Source: Octopus sinensis
Lineage: Eukaryota
Direction of reading: 5' to 3'
NCBI RefSeq assembly: GCF_006345805.1
Contig: NW_021827851.1
Location: 1 to 9,760 of the forward strand
DNA length: 9,760 bases
Part shown: positions 1 to 8,473 of the stretch, piece after piece
Layout: each line of letters starts with the position of its first letter
Position numbering within the stretch: the first letter of the stretch is position 1
The notes under the pieces: generated by a model
The model's input: only the letters and a program-made list of their open reading frames with translations
Told to the model about the DNA's origin: nothing
Databases searched by the model: none
Position numbers and translations under genes: made by a program

Positions 1-467
1 TGTTGGGTGGCTTGTTCTTTGTTGTTTTTTCCTGCATTTCCGCATACAGCTTCTTGACTAGCTGTCCATATTGTGGTATGGGCAATAATCCTGCTTTTGT
101 GATTTTTCCTGTGGCTGTTGTTGTTGTGTAATTTTGCGGCAGATTTGCACTCCTTTTTGAGGTGTGCCTCACTGCCACATGTATAGCATCGTGGCCTTCT
201 GCCCTCGACTACTACGTATAACTTGCGGCCATCCCAAGATGTACGTGGGTGGGGATTTTATTTATGTCCTCTTGACTTATGTGGAAGAGGAACTCTATTC
301 TCTTTCCCAGCCAGTCCTGTTTCCGAAACACCGATATCTAGGATGTTTATGTCCTCCATTTCGGATGTTACGGCGGATGTAATCCACAGTGTTGTAGTCA
401 CTTGGGGGCACCACTGATAATGACTTTCGTCACCTTCTGGCCGAGGAACTCGGTGTCAACGTAGTTC
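1..467 (-). pseudogene. Decayed gag-like/LINE ORF1 fragment with CCHC zinc knuckle
   Basis: Manual minus-strand translation across frameshifts gives LNYVDTEFLGQKVTKVIISGAP..., EDINKIPTHVHLG/DGRKLYVVVEGRRPRCYTCGSEAHLKKEC. C-X2-C-X4-H-X4-C lies at 147-188. The frame runs off the window edge at 1 and is cut by the (GATA)n array at 468. The family (L1/Tx1-like ORF1) is inferred. Confidence 0.75.
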
Positions 468-534
<67 letters not shown>

Positions 535-535
535 A
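468..535 (+). repeat. (GATA)n microsatellite
   Basis: Direct tandem AGAT/GATA run. Confidence 0.97.
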
Positions 536-595
536 GATACACACATACGTTTGGAGCTATGGGCTGTCTATCGGCGTCAAAGGGCTGATAGACTA

Positions 596-945
596 AAAAT
601 AGAGTCGTACAAGATTTAGAAAAATGTGCACTTACATATAAGAGACCAAAGTGTACATACGCCTACTATATATATATATATATAATATATATATATATAT
701 ATAAAAATACAAAATAGTACAAGAACGCAAAACATCCAGACAGCTAGGTGAGGCAAAAAATGGAGCAACAAAACATCCAGATAGACGATACAAAGAAAAC
801 AAGGACGGGTCATTCGAAGTTCTATTTCTTCAGTCAAGCACCAGATTATTCCCGCAATTTCGGCTGATTATTCTTGAGATTGCTCCAATCTGGCCGGCCC
901 CAAGGAAAAACTAAGCTAAGAACATTAGATTCCTTGGAAGAAAGC
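596..945. repeat. Probable interspersed repeat fragment, interrupted by (TA)n at ~665-702
   Basis: Complex sequence bounded by microsatellites. It has an internal 13-bp direct repeat CAAAACATCCAGA (728-740, 769-781) and a hairpin AGATTG-CTC-CAATCT (877-891). It resembles repeats I recall from octopus DNA, which is not verified. Confidence 0.35.
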
Positions 946-946
946 A

Positions 947-1012
947 TATATATATATATATGTATATATATATTTATATTTATGTACATACACACACACA
1001 CACACACACACG
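947..1012 (+). repeat. Compound (TA)n/(CA)n microsatellite
   Basis: Direct dinucleotide runs. Confidence 0.93.
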
Positions 1013-1047
1013 CATGCATAGTCGCTCGTATACGAGCAAAGCCAGTG

Positions 1048-1360
1048 CTAGAAAGAATCATTGAAGTGAGTCATTGATAATGCAAAGTGAGGCCCTTCCA
1101 TGACTCCTGAGCCCGCCAAACACTTGCACATTCTATTGTATAATGCACAGTTGTGCTGGCTGGCAGAGGGAACAGGTGCCACAATATGAAGTCTTTTGAC
1201 ATGTCTTTTTAATCTTCCAACTGAATGGCACACCTTTCCACAGGTTGAACATGTTCTGCTGTGAACAGTAGCCACAACACAATTTACAAAGGTTTGATTC
1301 CTGTGACTTCTCTGATGGCTGACCAAGCCTGCATGACTCGAGCAGTTTCCCTCCTACAAC
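1048..1360 (-). pseudogene. Decayed tandem C2H2 zinc-finger region, probably the C-terminal part of a non-LTR (RTE-like) retroelement ORF
   Basis: Intact CSTCGKVCHSVGRLKRHVKRLH (C-X2-C-X12-H-X4-H, 1186-1251). Upstream half finger CSSHAGLVSHQRSH is preceded by a TAG at 1354-1356. Downstream decayed finger reads CALYNRMCKCLAG. No TGEKPY linkers. Confidence 0.6.
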
Positions 1361-1599
1361 ACTCCTTTTTTCTTTGTATTTTGTGTGTGTATATATATAT
1401 TTCAAATTTACAGAAAGCGAATGACGAAGACAGGTGAAAGAACAAGCAGGTGCATTAGTTTAACTCCCGGGAAGAATGGAAATATATATATATGTAAATA
1501 TATATACGTATATACATACATATATATATATATATGTGTGTGTGTGTATGTGTATATATATATAATCAAAATAAGCAACAAGGATGTCCAAAGGTAATG

Positions 1600-1674
1600 T
1601 AGTACAATCGTTTCATGCTACTTCATTTAATTAAACAAGTATTACATCAGTTTTAAAATGTAGAGCAATCTTCA

Positions 1675-1678
<4 letters not shown>
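1600..1678 (-). ncRNA. Type I hammerhead ribozyme candidate of the Penelope pLTR kind
   Basis: The minus strand reads UGG-CUGAAGA-UUGC...GCAU-GAAA-C-GAUU-G-UA|CUA. Core CUGANGA is at 1669-1675 and GAAA at 1611-1614. Stem III is minimal, the cleavage triplet is GUA, and stem I is 3 bp (UGG/CUA). Confidence 0.6.

Positions 1679-1718
<40 letters not shown>
1678..1718 (+). repeat. (TA)n microsatellite
   Basis: Direct dinucleotide run. Confidence 0.95.
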
Positions 1719-1719
<1 letters not shown>

Positions 1720-1745
1720 GCACACATACATACACACAACAAAGA

Positions 1746-1920
1746 GGCGAACTGCCACATCTGTTTCCTCACCGGACACCGGACAAATTGCTTAGCACTA
1801 TTTCGTCCGTCTTTACGTTCTGAGTTCAAATTCCGCCGAGATCTTTGTTGCCTTTGGTCCTTTCAAGGGTCGATGTAATCCACTTCACCCTCAAAAACTA
1901 CTGACTCTGTGCCCAAAAGT
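1746..1920 (+). mobile_element. Diverged tRNA-derived SINE with internal deletion, same family as 4875-5110
   Basis: B box GAGTTCAAATT at 1822-1832 followed by CCGCCGAG and GCCTTT..CCTTTC..GGGTCGATGTAATC. Alignable to the reverse complement of 4875-5110. Confidence 0.85.
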
Positions 1921-1944
1921 TTTATGCCATGTACACATGTATAT

Positions 1945-1950
1945 GCGTGC

Positions 1951-2002
<52 letters not shown>

Positions 2003-2033
2003 TGTGTTTGTTGTGTGTGTGTGTGTGTGTGTG

Positions 2034-2068
<35 letters not shown>
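1945..2068 (+). repeat. Interrupted (TG)n microsatellite
   Basis: Direct dinucleotide run. Confidence 0.96.
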
Positions 2069-2513
2069 AGCGCATAAGTGCGCGTGTGTTTACACAAGAG
2101 CGAGCGCAAATAGGCTTGCAGAAACGCAAATATTGTAATTGCTCTGATCATGTGTTTAGGGAAATTACACACTACCGGCGCATACAGGAAAAAGCTGGAT
2201 TGTCACAGTTGCATCTCAGCCCAGTCATAGCTTATTCATTGCTAAACACCAGCACTCATACATACACACGCGCTACATTCAAACATATGCACTCGCAGGT
2301 ATACGCATACTTCTTAAAAGTTAAATACACTCAGTCATACATACACACATAAATACATATAGACATACAAACATACATGCATTCATATAAATATATATAT
2401 ATATATATATAATTAAATGATAAGGGTAGAAATTGATATCAATTAATTAAAACCAGTGGTTAGCATATCTAAAAATCCGAAGATTAAAAATTGTTACATA
2501 CAAAATTAAGAGG

Positions 2514-2517
<4 letters not shown>

Positions 2518-2575
<58 letters not shown>
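2518..2575 (+). repeat. (TA)n microsatellite
   Basis: Direct dinucleotide run. Confidence 0.96.
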
Positions 2576-2582
<7 letters not shown>

Positions 2583-2817
2583 TATACATATACATATGCA
2601 AAGTAAGAAAAGGAGGAATAGATTCCTTTCAATTATCAGCTTCCAGATAATACCAATTCATATAATTTATTAACTAATTAATTAATTAAATAGAAACATC
2701 CAAATCCAACGGAATAAGACAGAATAAAACGATACCGTATTATCTTATGGTAAGATAATACCATAAAAAATATACAGTACGTTCATGTATACATGCAGGC
2801 ACTCCACGTAATACGCG

Positions 2818-2819
2818 CT

Positions 2820-2892
<73 letters not shown>

Positions 2893-3297
2893 GCATACAT
2901 ACACACATGCATGCATACATATGTACGTGCATACATAAATGCATACATACACACATGCAAACATACGTACGTACATCCGCGTACACAAACATATGCATTC
3001 ATGCATGCATACACACAGACATACTTGTACACACATACAGTCATACAACATACATGTATACATACATATATGCACATATACATATATACACATACGTATT
3101 CATACATACATACGTACATACAAACATACATACCTACATACATACATACGTAGGTACGTACGTACACACACATACATACACACATACACACATGCATGCA
3201 TGCATACATACATACATACATGCATGCATGCATGCATACATACATACATACATACATACATACATACATACATACATACATACATACATACATACAT
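2818..3297 (+). repeat. Compound (TA)n / (CATA)n / CATG-CGTA variant microsatellite
   Basis: Pure TA run to ~2888, then degenerate TACA/CATG/CGTA units, ending in a pure (CATA)n run. Confidence 0.93.
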
Positions 3298-3299
3298 AG

Positions 3300-4010
3300 T
3301 TAAAAGTCCCTCAAGCTGGAGGACACCAACGACGCCATTGTCAGCAAAACTTAACCTCTTCTGAACCTGCGATAGAGATACATCACATCTCGACGCGAAG
3401 GCCATGCCACCGGATCAATACGAGAGCGAGATAAGGGATGTCTTTAAATCTTCTTCTTGTGACAGAAAATGTCGATCCTGCCATGCCAGTGGGGGAAGAT
3501 ATCACCCATATCATCAGCAGCTGTCTAAAAATGCCTGTCTACAAGGTACTATTAATACTTTCCCATGAGGCATAGCTTTGTTGCCAAAACTTTTTACAGT
3601 TCTATCTACAGGAAGGATTGCTCTGTCAGTCATACAAAAGACACAGCCGTTACAGAATGTATTCGCACCTTTGATAATAAAGAATACTGGTCGAACATTC
3701 AAAGATAAAACAGCAACAGGGCGTAAGCGAAACAAGGCAGATATTGTTGTATGGGGCAAGGAACGAAAGTCATGCATCGTTGAAGAGATCGGCTGCCAGG
3801 AAGTTGTGAAAGTCTTCGAAGATTATGGAAAAGGAGAACATTGATAGAGAACTGATTTGAAACTTGTATGTTGCATATCGGAGCAATCAATTATAATTTC
3901 TTCCTGATATCAGAGATGCACTGAGTTACGTAACAAATGATTTATATAAAAGCCTAAAAACGCTGGGATCCGTAAGAAAAGAACGGAACAAACTGATTTG
4001 CATTCGCCAT
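3300..4010 (+). mobile_element. Decayed C-terminal fragment of an RLE-type non-LTR retrotransposon (R4/Dong-like)
   Basis: Across frameshifts: TSHL...DRKCRSCHASG/EDITHIISSC (CCHC, 3470-3524), RYY*YFPMRHSFVAKTFY, NKADIVVWGKERKSCIVEEIGC (PD-(D/E)xK-type nuclease with PD read as AD), DALSYVTNDLYKSLKTLG. Confidence 0.85.
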
Positions 4011-4016
4011 ATATAT

Positions 4017-4027
4017 TGTGTGCGTGT

Positions 4028-4064
<37 letters not shown>
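4017..4064 (+). repeat. (TG)n microsatellite
   Basis: Direct dinucleotide run. Confidence 0.95.
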
Positions 4065-4066
<2 letters not shown>

Positions 4067-4874
4067 GGCGTATAAGAAATAAGTTTAAGATAATGGTCAT
4101 AACATATAATTCCTTTACTTGAGCATGTCTGGCTTACAGCTGTTTCCAGTAATCGTTATAGGTACATTACTTTCGGATTGACTCAGTTGGTCTGTTGATC
4201 AACTGAGAAATAATGCTACTTTTATCAGAGGCATTTCTGGATATATATATATATGTTTTGCAGGAACCTTTCTTAAAATGTAACCCCAATCATCAGGCCT
4301 CCTCTACATCACTTTATCATAGTTTGATACTAAAAATTATATTTTAAACATATAAGTATGTGTATGTGTAAATAGGTTCGCCGGACCTTATTGTACAAAC
4401 CATAATTTAATTAGAATAAAAAATAAAAATAAAAAATACGAATAAAAAATAAAAATTTACAAAAACTATGTTCTCACGTAACTTATGTCTATAAATATAC
4501 ATATAAAATTAATAATATATAGGGATAAAAATAAAATAAAAGAAACTATATGCTTGTGATGGTATAAAATGAAAGGAATGGCAAATAAATATATTCGAAT
4601 AAAAATGGAAGCAATGACGAATAAATATTTTCGAATAAAAACTAAAGTACGAATGACAAAATGCCAAAAGAAAATTTACAAATGATACGAATGATAAAAA
4701 TTAAAAATTTTTCAAAGTAAAAATAACTTAAGGTTAACGTAAAAGAATATGTATAAATTACCGTTGACTACATTGTCCTACTAGATCTTAATTTCGGCTT
4801 AACGTCGCATGGTTCGGCGAACGACTACACTCCCACCTACTTCCTGCTTCTTTTAAACTATTACTAATTATCAT

Positions 4875-5110
4875 ATTACCTATTTCTCTATTACCCACAA
4901 GGGGCTAAACACAGAGGGGACAAACAAGGACAGACATAGGTATTAAGTCGATTACATCGACCCCAGTGCGTAACTGGTACTTAATTTATCGACCCCGAAA
5001 TGATGAAAGGCAAAGTCGGCCTCGGCGGAATTTGAACTCACAACGTAACGCAGACGAAATACCGCTAAACATTTCGCCCGGCGTGCTAACGTTTCTGCCA
5101 GCTCGCCGCC
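4875..5110 (-). mobile_element. tRNA-derived SINE, full head plus body
   Basis: Minus-strand head GGCGGCGAGCTGGCAGAA (A-box-like), B box GAGTTCAAATT (5029-5039), body GCCTTTCATCATTTCGGGGTCGATAAATTAAGTACCAG, and an AT-rich tail. A second copy is at 1746-1920. Confidence 0.92.
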
Positions 5111-5298
5111 ACCATGGTCCAGGAAATACAAAAATGCATCATGGGAACATTACTTTTTTTATTTCGTATTATTCCCACCCTTTGTTCACTCACACCGCAC
5201 TGCTATACCTCCCCACATCTAATGGTAAGTTAATTTAAACCAGTACGTTCATATTAAATAATAATAGTAATGATAATACTTACGCTTTAAATTTAGGG

Positions 5299-7858
5299 TT
5301 AGACGTTATTAATTAGGCATTCCAGTCTATGTTTACATTTTATTTTTCTTTCCTCCTGAGCATTTAGAAGCCCTGTTTTGGCCCATAATATCTCCATGAA
5401 TTCATGGGTACATAACAGACATGACCTATTTCCAATTCTATACGATTTCGTTTTACATATTATATCCCATTTTAATTCATAATTGATTTGGGACTCCAAA
5501 CGTATTTACTTAGTCCTGTCGAATTCATTAGTTTCTTATTTTTACATGAATTCATATGCTGTGCTATTCGTTGTTTAATTTTATTCGATGTCGACCCAAT
5601 GTACGTTCTATCTGGATAATTTTCAATTTCCGTATTATTTATTCCACTATTTTCATTTCCATCTACTTTTACAGAAACCACACATTTATATACTACATCA
5701 CTTACATTACATCTTCCATTAAGTTTACAGTGGTTTTTATCCCTACAATTACAACTATTACGGTCTCCAGCCCTCCTATTCAGTTGCTTATTTAATTTAT
5801 CATATTAATATTTATTCAGCCTATACTTATTTATTGATGAAATAATGTTCCCTACATTGTTAGTAGTTGAATAACCCACACCTATATTATTTTTAGAGAA
5901 TATTTCCATATTTTTTTTATTTTCCATTATAAATGATTCTATTGTATTAGTGATATCTTTAATAATATTACTTTTAACTTGAGTACCATATGGGACTATC
6001 AACCATATTATTTTATTATTTTTATTTATGTTTATATTATTAATCCCTTTATCTTTATTTACACAAGTCTTGTTATTATCTTCTATATTATTCAAAGTAT
6101 TGTCTCCATTATGATTTTCGTTTAATTTTAAATCCTTCCCCATTAAACCCAACCTATCCTTATACTTTATACCATTTATATTTTTCCTGTTTTTTATGTG
6201 TTTTATCATCTTGAATTCCATAAAATTGCGGTGTGCTATGCTATTATGACTATTATACATATTATTTTTCTTTTTCTTTTTATTACTATATACATTTCTA
6301 TTCTTGTCTACATTTACATTTATGTTGCTCCCTATATTAACACTATTTAGGTTACTTATGTTTTTGTATTTTATATAATTATTCCTGTTAATATTCTTAT
6401 AGAATTTAATTTCTTCGTTATAACCAGCCTTCCTTACTGCTTCATTGTAGTAGTCAGCGTGTTTTAGGAAGCTCTCATAATTCGAAGAGGGCATTGATAT
6501 CCTTTTCCCCATGTTATCTGTTAGCGTTTATTTTTTCCGAGAGGGGGTGATGACTATCTGCATTTATGTATTTTAGGTTTTCATTAAGTTTATGGAAAGG
6601 CTGTATTAACCCTGTAGCAATATTCAAATTTGCATCTGAAAAGTTTACGTTATAATGTTCATTATATATAGTAGTTTCTAACCCGTAATGTTTTAAAAAC
6701 CTGTATAATCTCTTTTTATAATTTTCAAGAGTTCTGTTTGTACAATTTTTTGTTATTAAAAGTAAATCATCCCTATATAAGTCCCCTTCTATATTTAAAT
6801 TTTCTAATTTTAATTCAGAAAGCAAGGATATCCCAACTAGGTCGGTTACCTGTACTGAATCTGGCGCTCCCATAAGTACATCAAAATACTCGCTTGTGTC
6901 CTTTCTAGCCCATAATTTATTTTTGTATTTAATGAGTGTTTTTCTTGCTATTTGGACTACCTTAATTTCCTCCATCGTCATTCCTGTTCTATTTTTAACA
7001 TATATCAAAGCCTTATTCAACACTATTTCATTTATGGAAGCATAATAATTATCAATATCTATTTGTATGAAGTTATATTCTTTATTGTTTGTTATATTTT
7101 TAAACTATTGTAAAATTTCCATTGTACTGCCCCATAACTTTAGGTAACCTAAATTATTTAATTTGTTTATATTTATCTAATATTAATTTGCTTAATTTCC
7201 CTACGTCCGACTTACATGGGCATATTAGTCGGACTTTAGGGTCTGCATAGAAATTATCTTTATGGTCTTTTAGCGTTATCCTTGGGTGTAATGGCACGTA
7301 GGGTTCTGTTTTTTTATTATCTAGTTCATAATTCGTCATAATTTCTTTATAGCACTTATTTATTTTCTCTAAAGTATTATTTTGGACTATTTTATATTTT
7401 TTATTGATTTCTTTCTCTAGTAAACTATCATAAGTTTCTGTATCTAATTTATATAAGTTCCTGGTTTTGTCAGATTATACAAAGATTCCTTCGGTATTTC
7501 TCAGTTCTTTTATCTTGATAGCTAAATTTTTAAGGTAATTATTATGCCTGTTCGGGTTTTTATGAAATTCTAGATTTTTTACTATCCGCCAAATTTTGTC
7601 TTCCAAGTTTTGCATTTCTTTATTGTACGGCGGTTCTTTCCTAGATTTAAACTTATTCGTAATAAATTTATTATTGTCTGTATTATTAATGTCTATAGCA
7701 TTATCATTATTATGGTAGTGTGCTTTCCATTTAGGTCTATTTATGAAATTCTTTATATTATTAATCAGTTTAATCTTGAATTATGTTTTTGTTGGGATAG
7801 GTATGTCTTTCAGTGATGAATTCCACTCCAGGGGTACTATCTTATCTGTATATGCCAT
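5299..7858 (-). pseudogene. Naiad-type PLE RT plus GIY-YIG endonuclease ORF, about 850 codons, disrupted
   Basis: ATG at 7858. Motifs in order: SLKDIPIP, FINRPKWKA, FKSRKEPP, SDKTRNLY, ITLKDHKDNF, VRLICPCKSDVGKLSKLILD, FIQIDIDNYYASI, FDVLMGAPDS, LYRDD (YRDD 6766-6777), SHHP, IIWLIVPY, CNCRDKNHCKLNGRC (5709-5753), VVY..TYIGST..KQRIAQH, CLLCTHE..LLN..E..CKH, stop at 5299-5301. In-frame stops: TAA 7781-7783, TAA 7475-7477, TAG 7105-7107, TAA 5805-5807. Frameshifts near 7150, 6530 and 5495. Confidence 0.93.
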
Positions 7859-7969
7859 AATTAATTGTTTAATTATCAAGCTAAACAATAAAGTTAAACC
7901 ATTAAATTATTTTATTTTATTTATTAGGGAATAAAAATTCCGGCATCACAGGGGTTCAAACTATTCTCA

Positions 7970-8015
<46 letters not shown>

Positions 8016-8089
8016 GTGTGTGTGTGTATGTGTGTGTGTGTGTGTGTGTGAGTATAAAAACAACAAACGGAAAATATGACATACCTGTA

Positions 8090-8147
<58 letters not shown>

Positions 8148-8165
8148 TATGTATTTATATATGTA
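7970..8165 (+). repeat. Compound (TA)n/(TG)n/(TATG)n microsatellite with a short non-repetitive spacer at ~8050-8088
   Basis: Direct tandem runs. Confidence 0.9.
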
Positions 8166-8167
8166 TT

Positions 8168-8473
8168 AACAGTTATCGCCAAGCTAATATGGCAGTCCAT
8201 AAATATAGGACTAAAGCTGCCGTTGATTAGCTCCAAGAGGCCACCGCCTCTAGCTAGCTATATGACACACGAACCTGTGTCCATTATAACCTTCGGAAAA
8301 GGGAGGTCAGCCGCTTCCCCTTGCTGGTCAGGCATCTGCAGTCATGTTTCAGGGTATTTGCCCGTTATCGATGCAGAGTAGCCAAACCCAGCAGGCGTCG
8401 CTGCTGACCGTCTGTTCGAAGGATTATTCACCTACTTTCAGTGGAATACATCCACTGGTTTCCAAAAATAGAA
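8168..8473. repeat. Partial inverted copy of the element at 8474-8803 plus a related spacer
   Basis: 8169-8368 aligns by eye to the reverse complement of 8547-8748 at roughly 90% identity. Confidence 0.9.

Larger units (their letters stand above)
4066..7970 (-). mobile_element. Penelope-like retroelement, Naiad type, near full length; 3' boundary uncertain
   Basis: Contains the ORF at 5299-7858. The 5' end abuts the TA array at ~7970. The AT-rich sequence 4066-5298 is assumed to be 3' UTR/pLTR and holds a hammerhead-like core at 4261-4296. That assignment is inference. Confidence 0.75.

Noticed and set aside
164-417. Plus-strand ORFs 164-382 and 223-417
   Set aside because: They are antisense to the zinc-knuckle remnant and have no recognisable motifs.
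805-840. Minus-strand CUGAAGA...GAAU...GUC as a hammerhead
   Set aside because: GAAU instead of GAAA, and stems I and II do not pair.
1863-3405. Long ORFs rich in HT/CV/YI/MYVC repeats, and similar ones at 616-1077, 1385-1597 and 7988-8381
   Set aside because: They are translations of stop-free microsatellites.
4878-5113. ACC flanking both SINE ends as a target-site duplication
   Set aside because: Only 3 bp, and the left copy may belong to the SINE tail.
5220-5272. SECIS-like AUGAA...AAA...AGAU just 3' of the Naiad stop (minus strand)
   Set aside because: Spacing is suggestive, but helix II pairs poorly (only TGGT/ACCA) and there is no in-frame UGA to serve.
5299-7858. Selenoprotein-encoding Naiad (UGA recoding)
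   Set aside because: Some Naiads are known to encode selenocysteine, but here every interrupting stop is TAA or TAG and the Cys-motif codons at 5709-5753 are all TGT.
7940-7970. 5' pLTR copy matching the 4140-4175 region
   Set aside because: Only loose similarity by eye, too weak to call a terminal repeat.
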